A DNA stretch of 64,000 bases from Minisyncoccota bacterium (GTDB taxonomy: Bacteria; Verrucomicrobiota; Verrucomicrobiia; Limisphaerales; UBA8199): contig DAOTCE010000004.1 in assembly GCA_035452965.1 (NCBI GenBank), positions 192,666 through 256,665 of the forward strand, read 5' to 3'. Shown here piece after piece: positions 27,701-37,200 of this stretch. A program made the position numbers and the translations under genes. The notes beneath the pieces are model-generated. The model was not told where the DNA came from. It did not search any database and saw only the letters and a program-made list of their open reading frames with translations. The first letter of the stretch is position 1. The number at the start of each line of letters is the position of its first letter.

Positions 27701-29886
27701 CCGTTGTTGCCTGGGGAGGAGGGGATATTGCAGGGAGCCTTTGGGGGGTGACGAATGTGCCTGCCGGTTTACGCGACGTGGCGAGCATCGCCGTCGGAGA
27801 AGACTACAGCCTGGCGCTGGTCGAGCTTGGGCCACCGCGATTCAGCCAGCAACTTGGGCCGGTCGCAGTGCATGTTGGCGGCCAGGCAATTCTGGGCGCC
27901 GAGGTGAGCGGGACCCGTCCCTTGACCGTGCAGTGGTTTCACGACGGTGCGGCCATTGAGGGCGCGACCAGCCCGTATCTCCCGCTGAGCAACGCGCAGT
28001 TGGCCGATGCGGGGACTTACACGTTGATGGCCACGAATGCGGCGGGCCAGGTCAACAGCCAAACGGCGATCCTGACGGTAAAGGCCGAGCCGGCCGTCAC
28101 GGAAGTGCTCACACACCGGAACGTGCTGCTTGGGACAAGCGTCTGCTTGCCTGCAAGTGTTTTCGGCGCAGAACCGCTGAGCTGCCAATGGCGCTTAAAT
28201 GGCAGAGACTTGGCGGAGGGCGGCCGGATCAGCGGCGTGACCTCAAGGGTTCTAAGCCTGAGCGCGACGACCGGCGAAGACAGTGGCAGCTACAGCCTGG
28301 TTGTGAGCAATGCGCACGGCTGCGTGACCGGGTTGGTGGCGCAGATTTCCGTGAGTCCTATCGTGGCGTGGGGGGACAACTCTTTTGGCCAGCTTGAAGT
28401 GCCAATCGGGACAGCGGACGTGGTGGCCATAGCCGGCGGCGGCGATCACAGTCTGGCTCTGCTGGCTGATGGCAGGGTTGCCGCCTGGGGAGCCAATTCT
28501 TTGGGCCAGTGCGATGTGCCGCAATCCGCGGGCCACAGCGTGGCCATTGCCGCGGGAGGATCTCACAGTCTGGCTTTGCGGGCGGATGGCAGTGTGGTGG
28601 CCTGGGGGGACAACTCTAGCGGTCAAACCAGCGTGCCGGCGTCCGCGACCAACGTGGTGTCCATCGCGGCCGGCGGGTCCCACAGCCTGGCGCTATGCCT
28701 CGACGGCGCCGTGGTGGCGTGGGGCTCCAACTCCTTTGGGCGGGTAACCGTGCCGTCCTCAGTAACGAATGTCAGTGCGATTGCGGCTGGTGGCGACCGC
28801 AGCCTCGCGTTGCGGGCCGACGGCACTTTCCTGGCGTGGGAAAGAACCAGTGTGTCCACGTTAGCCACAAACGTTGTCTCTATCGCCGCAGGGGGCAATC
28901 ACACGCTGGCGTTACGAGCCGACGGGACCTTGTATGCCTCGGGAGGTAATTACTACGGGCAAGCAACCTTGCCAACTAACATCTACAACGTGGTTGGCCT
29001 GGCCGCAGGGGGCGACCATAGTATGGCCCTGCTCGCCGACGGCACGGTGGTCTGCTGGGGCGCCGATTACTTTGGCCAGGCCTCAGCGCCACCTTCGGCG
29101 ACCAACGTGCTGGTCCTAAGCGCGGGCAGCGCCCATAGCCTTGCGCTGGCGGGCAACGGGGCGCAGCGCCCCGCCTTCCAGCCGTTCAAAATGACGGCCA
29201 CGATAGGCCAATCAACCTTGCTCAGCGCCGGCTCGCTCGGCGGCGCCATGGCCAGTTATCAATGGCAACTGAACGGCGTGGCCTTGCCGGGGGCAACCAG
29301 CCCGGCCCTTGCCATAGGGTTCGTCAACTGGTCCAACGCCGGCACCTACCGGCTGGTTATGAGCAACGCATTCGGAGGTGCAACGGGGCCGTCAATAATC
29401 CTGACTGTGCTCCGCACCCCGCTGCGGTTCGACGGCTACCCGCCGGGCATACTGGTGACCAACGGCGAGGCTCAGCTCCGTTTGTCAGGCGCCTCCGGAG
29501 TCGGCCCGGTGGTGCTTCTCGCCAGCAGCGACCTGGCGGGCTGGGAGCCGATCCTTACCAATCCGCCGGTCATCGGGCCAGTGCAGTTCACTGATCCGGG
29601 GGCGGGTGCTCCTGACGCGAGGTTCTACCGCGCCGTTGAGGGTTCCATGGTTGGGCCGCCGCGCATCGAGATTGCGCCGCTCCTTTCGTCGGCGAGCGAT
29701 GGGCCGTTCCTTCTGCGCCTGACAGACCTGGCGGCGGAGGGTCCCGTGGTCATCTACGCTTCCTCGAACCTGACGGATTGGCAGGCTGTATTCACCAACC
29801 CGCCGACGATCGGCCCGCTCCGGTACCTGGAGGAGATTCCATCCGTTCAGCCCCAACGATTCTATCGGGCGTCAGAGAACCGCTGA
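24760..29886 (+). CDS. secreted RCC1-repeat protein: 4 seven-bladed propellers, Ig (I-set-like) domains, 2 C-terminal RFYR modules (1708 aa)
   Basis: Signal peptide, then 28 copies of the ..V[VI]AWG.N..GQ..VP..A.NVVAIAAG..HSLALR.DGT.. repeat. Ig-like segments of the form [18 protein letters not shown] sit between the propellers. Confidence 0.9.
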   Translation: MKARLKISGRAWRGTGIAIMLLLSAAAGHAQNVIAWGASSEGQTNAPLSATNVIAIAAGASHALALDPEGGVIAWGKNWDGQTDVPPEATNVVAVAAGSAHSLAVRDDGSVVAWGRNWDGQADVPATATNVVAVSAGWAHSLALRADGTVVAWGNNDFGQTDFSFLALDVVAIAAGYYHNMALRSDGTVVTWAFDYPTPASATNVVAVAAGWEHCLALRADGSVVAWGDNSYGQSSVPASAANVIAISAGYYHNLALRADGTVIAWGASYLGVTNVPTGLDSVASISAGEDFSVALVASGPPRFGLSLASAVAHLGSQTILNPTVAGTLPLSFQWFHDGVAVSGATNQNLLLTATQDADGGDYVLVATNTEGQATNQPVNLVVRQGPAVAAIGAWGDNTSGQCNVPHASATPRAIAAGASHCLALSADGTVAAWGKNWDGQTDVPPSATNVAAIAAGKAHSLALRDDGSVIAWGRNWDGQTDVPPTATNIVAIAAGWAHSLALRADGTTVAWGNNDYGQVSGSFLALDIIAIAAGYYHNMALRSDGTVVTWAFDYPTPPAASNVVAVAAGWEHCLALRADGAVVAWGDDSYGQSSVPASATNVVAISAGYYHNLALRADGTVVAWGASRFGVTNVPGGLRNVAGISAGEDYNVVLAASGPPEFGRQLGSVLAYAGSCTTLNPTVMGAWPLSFQWYHDGIAIVGATNRSLLLTNAQMAAAGDYVLVAANIMGQVSSPPVNLAVQPDPVTVALVGAWGGNNNGQCNVSPATSNPRAIAAGPFHSLAVNADGSVAAWGRNNYGETDVPAAATNVVAVAAGGGHSVALRTDGSVIAWGNNSDGQTNVPAAATNVVVIAAGETHSLALRADGTLLAWGNNEFGQTNVPPRARELIAIAAGYNHNLGLRPDHTVVAWGLENTVPASATNVVAIAGGWWHSLALRADGTVVAWGDNSFGQSVVPASVTNVAGIAAGYYHNVALRSDGTVVAWGGGDIAGSLWGVTNVPAGLRDVASIAVGEDYSLALVELGPPRFSQQLGPVAVHVGGQAILGAEVSGTRPLTVQWFHDGAAIEGATSPYLPLSNAQLADAGTYTLMATNAAGQVNSQTAILTVKAEPAVTEVLTHRNVLLGTSVCLPASVFGAEPLSCQWRLNGRDLAEGGRISGVTSRVLSLSATTGEDSGSYSLVVSNAHGCVTGLVAQISVSPIVAWGDNSFGQLEVPIGTADVVAIAGGGDHSLALLADGRVAAWGANSLGQCDVPQSAGHSVAIAAGGSHSLALRADGSVVAWGDNSSGQTSVPASATNVVSIAAGGSHSLALCLDGAVVAWGSNSFGRVTVPSSVTNVSAIAAGGDRSLALRADGTFLAWERTSVSTLATNVVSIAAGGNHTLALRADGTLYASGGNYYGQATLPTNIYNVVGLAAGGDHSMALLADGTVVCWGADYFGQASAPPSATNVLVLSAGSAHSLALAGNGAQRPAFQPFKMTATIGQSTLLSAGSLGGAMASYQWQLNGVALPGATSPALAIGFVNWSNAGTYRLVMSNAFGGATGPSIILTVLRTPLRFDGYPPGILVTNGEAQLRLSGASGVGPVVLLASSDLAGWEPILTNPPVIGPVQFTDPGAGAPDARFYRAVEGSMVGPPRIEIAPLLSSASDGPFLLRLTDLAAEGPVVIYASSNLTDWQAVFTNPPTIGPLRYLEEIPSVQPQRFYRASENR
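24982..27138 (+). repeat. in-gene tandem duplication, period 1077-1080 nt (propeller plus Ig unit)
   Basis: The [16 protein letters not shown] landmark recurs at 24982, 26059 and 27139. Units 1 and 2 are about 85% identical, with perfect runs of more than 50 nt. Confidence 0.85.
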
Positions 29887-29896
29887 CCCCACACCT

Positions 29897-30709
29897 ATGA
29901 AAAACATGCGTAAAGAGAACACGGCTTTCACTCTTGTCGAGCTGATAGTCGTCATCGCCGTCGTCGCGGTCCTCGCCGCCTCCTTGTTGCCCGCGCTGGC
30001 CCGAACCCGACCGCAAGCGCAGCGCATTGCTTGCAGCAACAACCTCAAGCAGGTCGGTCTCGCTTTCCGGACCTGGGCGGCCGCCAACGGCGGCTACATG
30101 CCGATGCAGGTGCCCGGCGCCCAAGGCGGGGCCTCCGGTGAGTTAACCATCTCCAGAACCTTGAGCGCCAGCCAGGTTACGAGCCACGGCGCGTGCAAGA
30201 TCTTCCTGTGCCTCTCCAATGAGTTAACCACCCCGAGATTCCTCATCTGCCCGGCGGAGTACGAGAGCATATATCGCCAGGCGGCCACCACCTTCAGCGG
30301 AGTGGGTGCACCCGGCACGGTTCCTTACACCAACGATCTGAACGTCAGCTACCTCGTCGCTGCCGACGCCATGGAAACCATGCCTCGCATGTTGTTGACA
30401 GGAGACCATAACTTGGGCGGGAACGCCAATCCGCCGACCATTCCCTACCTGGCAGCCCCGAACACAGGAATCTCCAAGGCCTCGCTGGGCACCAACTTCA
30501 ACGCCAATCTAGGCCCTGCTTTCATGAACAATATGCACTCCAAGCAAGGCAATGTCGGGTTGGCAGACGGCAGTGTGGAGTGGTTCGGCCGCACCAACCT
30601 GCAAAACGCCCTCAAGCAATCGGGCGATACAGGCCGCGCGCAGGGGCTCTTCACCCTCGTCGCCGGCGCCGCCGCCGGCGCAGGGTGCAACCGTATCTTG
30701 CTCCCGTAA
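29897..30709 (+). CDS. prepilin-type N-terminal cleavage/methylation protein with H-X9-DG motif
   Basis: [26 protein letters not shown] at the N-terminus and [16 protein letters not shown] near the C-terminus. Starts 10 nt after the RCC1 stop. Confidence 0.88.
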   Translation: MKNMRKENTAFTLVELIVVIAVVAVLAASLLPALARTRPQAQRIACSNNLKQVGLAFRTWAAANGGYMPMQVPGAQGGASGELTISRTLSASQVTSHGACKIFLCLSNELTTPRFLICPAEYESIYRQAATTFSGVGAPGTVPYTNDLNVSYLVAADAMETMPRMLLTGDHNLGGNANPPTIPYLAAPNTGISKASLGTNFNANLGPAFMNNMHSKQGNVGLADGSVEWFGRTNLQNALKQSGDTGRAQGLFTLVAGAAAGAGCNRILLP

Positions 30710-30745
30710 CTCGATCCCGAGCGTTCATTCCTTGCTGTCTGGGGA

Positions 30746-31546
30746 TCAAGGGGACGAGCGGTTCGAGTCCTGGCTGATGTTCCAGACCTCCATGAATTCA
30801 TTCTGCCGCACCCATTGGGCGTGGCCGTCGCAGAAGGAGAAGTTCGCCCCCGCGGCGCCGTGGTTGTCGGCCGGGTTGTCCGGCCAGTCATTGGCGTCAG
30901 TCCCAACCCCCGGCAAGGTGTCGTCCGCGTCCATGATCAAGAAAACCCGGGATGGCCCCGGCTTCATGCCGAGCGCGCGGACGTAAGCGCCGATAGTGAA
31001 CGCGTTCACGGTGTCTTCCTTCTTCTTGGTGGTAATCGCCATGCCGGTCATGCGGAGGGTGAAGTTGCCGGAGACTTCGTAGCTGGTGCCGGCGGACTGG
31101 AGCGTGGCACCGTTTTTACACAGATCAACGAGGGCGACTCCCCCGGTGGGCTTGGTGACGAGATTGGTGCGGATGTAGTTCTGGGTGCTGGGACAGACAA
31201 AACTCCTGGTGGACTTTACGTAGCGCGGGTAAAGCCAGTTTAAGTCATCATCCGACCCGGAGCGATCTGTGGCTCCCCCCGGGGGAACATTGCCGAGTTC
31301 TCCGGGAAGCCAAGTGTGGCCGGAGTAATGGCCCTGGGAGTCGTTGGCATACATCATACTTCCCAAACCGAGCTGTTTGAGATTGTTGAGGCAGCCGAGC
31401 CGGTGGGCCTTCACTTCCGCCGGCGCCAGCGCGGACAACCGCAGGGTCGCCAGCAAGGCGATGGCTGCAATGATGACCAATAGTTCGACGAGTGAAAAAG
31501 CGGACTTCTCCGAATTCCTGGGCGGCTGAGCAAGCATAACAGTCAA
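30746..31546 (-). CDS. prepilin-type N-terminal cleavage/methylation protein, H-X9-DG-like
   Basis: SAFSLVELLVIIAAIALLA and NHGAAGANFSFCDGHAQWV (spacing X10). Confidence 0.85.
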   Translation of the reverse strand: MTVMLAQPPRNSEKSAFSLVELLVIIAAIALLATLRLSALAPAEVKAHRLGCLNNLKQLGLGSMMYANDSQGHYSGHTWLPGELGNVPPGGATDRSGSDDDLNWLYPRYVKSTRSFVCPSTQNYIRTNLVTKPTGGVALVDLCKNGATLQSAGTSYEVSGNFTLRMTGMAITTKKKEDTVNAFTIGAYVRALGMKPGPSRVFLIMDADDTLPGVGTDANDWPDNPADNHGAAGANFSFCDGHAQWVRQNEFMEVWNISQDSNRSSP

Positions 31547-32012
31547 CGAATTGTTGCAGATGCAACCAACTGTCTGAGCCTGGAACCGCGCCGGACCCGT
31601 GTCAATGACAATAGGTCGAATGACTGGCGCGCCGGCGCGTCATGTCCCCGCCGTCAAGTAGCGGCAGGCATCTTGCCCGCCGGGTGTATGCGAACGTGAC
31701 ATTCCGCAGGTCCTCCGAATCCGCGGGGCGGTCTTCCGTGTCCGGCGACTCCACATTTGCACGGGACTGATGTCTGGGCCATCTTGTCTCTCGGTATGAG
31801 AGGAATTACAGCCATGTTCACACATTGGGGACATTCGCCCCGCCAGTTCAAGCCCATGTCGGGCGCACACTTTTCGCTCAAACGGACAGCCGCCGGCCCT
31901 CGTGTCTGCGGTTGCGATGGCGGATTCGCCGCTGCCGGGTTTCGGCGGGCTGCAGTCTTCGGCGGCCATGGCGCCGCTGCGCGTTGATCTCGCCCCACAC
32001 ACAAACAAAACT

Positions 32013-32498
32013 ATGGGCAGAATACACAGAACCAAGCAGAAGGCGCGCGCGGGCGGGCGATCCATCGCCACCAGGCGCAAGGGGTCCCTGGGAGACACGA
32101 AACCGGTCCTCCTCACCGGTGGCAACCCTCAGATTGCGAAGGCCGACGGCGACGCCCCCGTGCAGGCCTACATCGCGGCCATGCCGGGCTGGAAGAGCGA
32201 AATCGGGCGCCGCCTCGACAAGCTCATCGAGCGCACGGTTCCCGGTGTGCGCAAGGCGGTCAAATGGAACTCACCCTTCTATGGCGTCGAGGGCCGGGGG
32301 TGGTTCCTGGGATATCACGTCTTCACGCGCTACGTCAAAGTGGCCTTCTTCCAGGGCACCTTGCTGCATCCCGTTCCCCCCGGAGGCAAGGCAAAGGACG
32401 CGCGCTGGATAGACATCCACGAGGATGATCTCGACGAGGCGCAGATGGCGGCGTGGATTCGGCAGGCGGCCGCCCTGCCCGGCTGGGGCAAGACGTAG
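32013..32498 (+). CDS. DUF1801 (YdhG-like) domain protein
   Basis: KPVLLTGGNPQIAKADGDAPVQAYIAAMPGW..VKWNSPFYG. I moved the start to the ATG at 32013, inside the track ORF 31902..32498. Confidence 0.75.
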   Translation: MGRIHRTKQKARAGGRSIATRRKGSLGDTKPVLLTGGNPQIAKADGDAPVQAYIAAMPGWKSEIGRRLDKLIERTVPGVRKAVKWNSPFYGVEGRGWFLGYHVFTRYVKVAFFQGTLLHPVPPGGKAKDARWIDIHEDDLDEAQMAAWIRQAAALPGWGKT

Positions 32499-32733
32499 GC
32501 GGCGTGTCCCCGTTGAGGCATCCGCGTCGATCGGTTGTGCAACCGGGTGAGCAGATTCGGCCCCAAGGCGCTCGACGAGAAGCTGAGCGCTGCCTGGACT
32601 TTCGCCCTGACGAAGACCAGCGCCCTCGCGGCTTCGCAGGGAGGCCATCCAAGGCAGCCTTTTCCAGCCCGGTCTAACTAATCCTGCCACTGCAAACGTG
32701 GGTGCAGGCGGCGACACAGTTCCCGCAAACGAT

Positions 32734-34131
32734 TTAGACTGCCGGCCGCCGCCACGGCTGGCGATAGGGACGGCGCAGCAACTTCGTGGCGGTGGAGTCC
32801 GCGGTGACCTCGCGTTTGCGCGGATCGTAGGCCAGCGACCGGCCCAGCTGCATCGCCACGTTGGCCAGAATACAACTGGCGGTGGAGATGTGACCCTCTT
32901 CGATGTCGGCAACCGGTCGCCCGCGCTTTTCGATGGCTGCCAGGAAGTCAAGCATGTGGCGGCGGGTGGCGGGCGCGGCGTTGAGCTCGATCTTCTTCTC
33001 GGTCACGTCCTCGGGATACTGTTCCTTCTCGTAGCGACAATCGAAATGGATGGGCTTGGCGTTCTTGTCCAGCGGGAAGAAGTCCGCGCGCATGGTGCTG
33101 GCTTTGAGCGTGCCCTTATCGCCGTAGATGAAGAGCGCCCAGGGATAGTCCGGATCGGTCGGCGCGCCCCAGGTGCGGTGCTGCCACACGCAATTGAACT
33201 GATCGTATTCGAAGGTCGCGGTCTGGGTGTCGGAGATGTTCGACTTGCCTTCCCTTTGGACGTAAATGCCGCCGGCGGAGGTGATTCGCTTGGGCCAGCC
33301 AAGGCCCAGCATCCAGCGCACGGTATCGAACATGTGCACGCACATGTCGCCGACGATGCCGTTGCCGTACTCCATGAAGGTGCGCCACCAGCGCACGTGC
33401 GGCAAACCGTCGTAGGGCCGCAGCGGGGCGGGGCCGGTCCACATTTCGTAGTCGAGGAAATCCGGCACCGGCTCGACCGGCGGATTGCCGTTGGCGCGCA
33501 TGTGGAAGTAGCAGCACATGTCCACGTGGCCGATCTTCCCGAGCAGGCCGGCGTCCACCACCTGCTTCTTCGCGTCAATCAGGTGCGGCGTGCTCTTGCG
33601 CTGCGTGCCGACCTGCACCACGCGCTTGTGCTTGCGGGCCGCGGCGACCATCGCTTCGCCTTCCAGCACGTCCACGCTGATGGGCTTTTGCACGTAAACA
33701 TCCGCGCCCGCTTCGACCGCCGCGATCATGTGCAAGGCGTGCCAATGGTCCGGGCTGCCGACGAGGACGATGTCGAGGTCCTTCTCCTTGAGCATTTGGC
33801 GGTGATCGCCATAAGTGCGCGGCCGCCGCTTCGATTTCTGGCGCTGGCTGGCCATCTCCGCCGCCTCCGCGAGCAGATTCCTGTCGGGGTCGCAGATGGA
33901 GATGATCTCGACCGGCGCCACCTGGACGAGGCGCCACAGGTCGCTCTTCCCATACCAGCCGGCGCCAATCAGGCCGACGCGCCTGGGTTTGCCGTTGACC
34001 AGGTCAAGCGCATCGGCGCCGAGCGACGGGAACGCGGCCATAGCGGCGAGCGCGGAGGCAGATTGGAGAAACCGGCGGCGGCTGATGTTGAAGTTCGCGC
34101 CGGGTGTCGGGGCGGGGGCCGAATTATTCAT
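32734..34131 (-). CDS. TAT-signal Gfo/Idh/MocA-family oxidoreductase
   Basis: I moved the start to MNNSAPAPTPGANFNISRRRFLQSASALAA. Rossmann motif VGLIGAGWYG. Confidence 0.88.
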   Translation of the reverse strand: MNNSAPAPTPGANFNISRRRFLQSASALAAMAAFPSLGADALDLVNGKPRRVGLIGAGWYGKSDLWRLVQVAPVEIISICDPDRNLLAEAAEMASQRQKSKRRPRTYGDHRQMLKEKDLDIVLVGSPDHWHALHMIAAVEAGADVYVQKPISVDVLEGEAMVAAARKHKRVVQVGTQRKSTPHLIDAKKQVVDAGLLGKIGHVDMCCYFHMRANGNPPVEPVPDFLDYEMWTGPAPLRPYDGLPHVRWWRTFMEYGNGIVGDMCVHMFDTVRWMLGLGWPKRITSAGGIYVQREGKSNISDTQTATFEYDQFNCVWQHRTWGAPTDPDYPWALFIYGDKGTLKASTMRADFFPLDKNAKPIHFDCRYEKEQYPEDVTEKKIELNAAPATRRHMLDFLAAIEKRGRPVADIEEGHISTASCILANVAMQLGRSLAYDPRKREVTADSTATKLLRRPYRQPWRRPAV

Positions 34132-34297
34132 GCCGGGAGTATTAGACCGGCCGCGAGGTTGGCGCAACCACGACGTGCGCGAAGCAAGGGGCCAAAAGTC
34201 TGCGAAATCCTGGCAACTCTTTCCGTACTTTCCCGCACCGGAAGTAAGTATTAGTTCTCGTTGAAGGCTTCCAGGGCGGTCATTAGGCTCGTCGAGT

Positions 34298-37200
34298 ATG
34301 AAGAGAACTTTCTGTTCCATTGGGTTAACGATTGCGTTTGTCGTTGCATCTGTTGCGACCGGCCTTGCTGCTGCAACCATCGGCAACACCACCGACGGCA
34401 CTTCGACCGACACACTCTGGTATGAGGGCGCCTATATCAATGCCTGCCGATTTCGGGCTGCGTCGAACATGACCGTGGTCACGATGCACGCCAAAGTCTC
34501 CGCCATAACCGGCCGCTACAAATGCGCGATCTACTCTGACAGCAGCAGTCAGCCCAACCGCCTTTTGCGGGCCACGAGCGAGGTAACCAACCCGACCACC
34601 GATGGCTGGAAGACTTTCACGCTCACCGCCCCGCAGGCGCTGACCAACGGCAGCTATTACTGGCTGGCCATCTGGTCGGACAGCAGCAGCGCCAAGGCCT
34701 ACTACTCGAGCAGCACCAGCGGCACGCTCCGCTGGGCACAGCGCAATTACGGCACCTGGCCCGATCCCATCGTCACGACCGGCGGGAGCACCTCCTCGTA
34801 TTGCATCTATGCCATGGGCTCGGTGGCACCCGTGGCGCCGACGGTCGCCATCCTGAGTCCCGCGAACAACGGGACCGTAGGCACCAATTTCACGATCACC
34901 GCCACCGCCACGGATAGCGACGGCACCGTCACCAACGTGTCCTTCTACGACGGCGTTACCTTGCTTGGCAGCGACACCAGCAGCCCCTACAGCTACGTCT
35001 GGAACAACGCGCCACTGGGCGCGCATGCGCTCAGGGCCGTGGCTCGGGACAACAGCGGCCTGGCGACCACGTCCGCCGTGGTCAACGTCACTATCACCGC
35101 GCTGAACGTGGTGTCCTTTGCGGAAACCTTTGACAGTTACGCCAACGGGACGGTGATCACCAATATCGGCGGGGGCGGCTTCTGGACCTCCGGCGCGAAC
35201 ACCGTGGTCAGCGGCGGCGGCGTGAACGGCTCGGGTGGGCTTGGCACCAGCAGTCTGATTTTCAATTGGAAGGCCCAGACGTTCCAGTGGAGCGCGCTGG
35301 ACATTGGCACAAGGGTGGCAATTTCCCTGGACTTGCAGACCAGCGGCACCGGCAAGTTTGACGACGATCGCGTCGGGTGGACCATCACCCCGGACGCCAG
35401 CACCAGCACGGGCAGCCAATTGGCCCTCCAACTGGACAACACGACGGAGGGAGGCATGGTGTTGTATCACAACCTCACGCGAACTCCCGTTCTCAACGCC
35501 CTGAGCGGCATCAAGAACAGCACCTGGTATCGTTTCAAAGTCGAGTTCACCAAGCTGTCCGCCACCAGCGCGAAGATCGTGGGCACGCTCACCGAACTGG
35601 ATGCCTCAGGCAACCCGGACGGCACCCCGTATGTTGGCACCGTTGCCGACACCAGCATGTTTGCCAATCCCCCCAGCACGGCGCTCTTCACCTCCGCGCA
35701 GCAGTGCCCGACCTTCAAGAACCACAACCCCGCGACCGGCAATGCGGACAATGCGACTTTCACCATCACCCAGCCTGGCCCGCAGCCGCCGATTGTGACC
35801 ATCACCAGCCCGACCGCCAATGAAACCGTGTTCACCAGTTTCACAATCAACGCCACCGCCACGGATGACGGGTCGGTGACCAACGTGGGCTTCTACGCGG
35901 ACGGCATCCTGCTGGGCAATGACACCACCTCCTCGTATAGCTGGACGTGGAACGGCGCTCCGGTGGGCAATCATACGCTGACGGCAGTCGCCGTGGACGA
36001 CACGGGGCTCTCGGCCACCTCGGCAGTGGTGAACGTCATCGTCAGCACCAACCTGGCGCCCAACGCGCCAGTCGTAGTCACGCCGGCCGACGGCGCCATG
36101 GGCGTGGCGACCAACGCCACGCTGACCGTGTCGGTCTCGGACCCCAATGGCGACCCCATGTCGGTCCTGTTCTACGCCCGCTCGCTGAACGGCACCGCCC
36201 CGGCGCCGGACTTCACGATCGTGGCGCTGCCGGATACGCAGTTCTACTCGGAGAGCTACCCGGCGATCTTCCAATCCGAGATTGACTGGATCGTCAACAA
36301 CCACCAGGAGCGCAACATTGTGTATGTGACGGGCCTTGGGGATGTGGTGAACGTCGGCACGTCCGACACGCAGTTTCGGAACGCCACCAATGCCCTGTAC
36401 CGCCTGGAGAATCCAGTCACGACGGGTCTGCCGGAAGGCATTCCCTACGGCGTTCCGGTGGGCAATCACGACTCGCCCTATACCCTGTTCAACAACTACT
36501 TCGGGGTCAGTCATTTCAGCGGCCGCAGCTATTACGGCGGCAGCTACACCACCGGCTACCAGAATCATTACGACCTCTTCAGCGCGGGCGGGATGGATTT
36601 CATCGTGCTGTCACTCGAGTATAACGCCGGCGCCAACTCGGCGATCATGAGCTGGGCCAATGGCGTTCTGCAGGCCAACGCCGACCGCCGCGCTATCGTG
36701 GTGACTCACTCGCTGCTCCAGGCGGGCTATAACTGGCCAACACCTGCCGCCTGGTCCACGGATGGCGGCACCACGATCTTCCCGGCGCTGGCCAACAACC
36801 CCAACGTCTTCCTGATGCTGTGCGGCCATAACCATGGCCAGGGGCGGCGGCACGAGGCGGTGGGCGACCGCTTCATTGATGTCCTCCTGTCCGATTACCA
36901 GAGCGACGTCAACGGCGGCAACGGCTTCGTTCGCCTGATGGAGTTTTCGCCCAGCAACAACGTCATCCGCGTCACGACCTACTCGCCCTACACCCTCGGC
37001 TCCAAGACGGACGGCGACAACCAGTTTACCCTCGAGTACGCCATGGCCTCCGCACCGGCGCCGTTCGTGTGCATCGGAACCAATATGGCGGTGGCCTCGG
37101 GCACGCAGACCAGCCTGGCGTGGCCAAACCTCGCCCCGGGCACCATCTATGAGTGGTATGCCGTGGCCAGCGATGCCACCACGTCCGCGACGAGCGCAAC

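Noticed and set aside
24982-29400. Regularly spaced repeats that could be mistaken for a CRISPR or satellite array. This applies to the RCC1 blades and to the Calx-beta/MBG repeats in 37229-49375.
   Set aside because: The repeats are in-frame protein repeats of 150-1080 nt with divergent sequence. There are no short identical direct repeats separated by unique spacers, and no cas genes.
30760-30770. tRNA T-loop-like string GGTTCGAGTCC.
   Set aside because: The flanking bases cannot form a T-stem (agcgg versus cctgg). No acceptor or anticodon arms are present. It lies within the 3' end of the CDS at 30746..31546.
31640-32125. Reverse-strand ORF (161 aa; also the 31654..32004 frame) with a hydrophobic stretch and several Cys (CPFERKVC..MCEHGC).
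   Set aside because: It overlaps the conserved N-terminus of the DUF1801 gene on the other strand, has mixed GC3 and shows no recognisable family. A small Cys-rich lipoprotein cannot be excluded. It is left uncalled.
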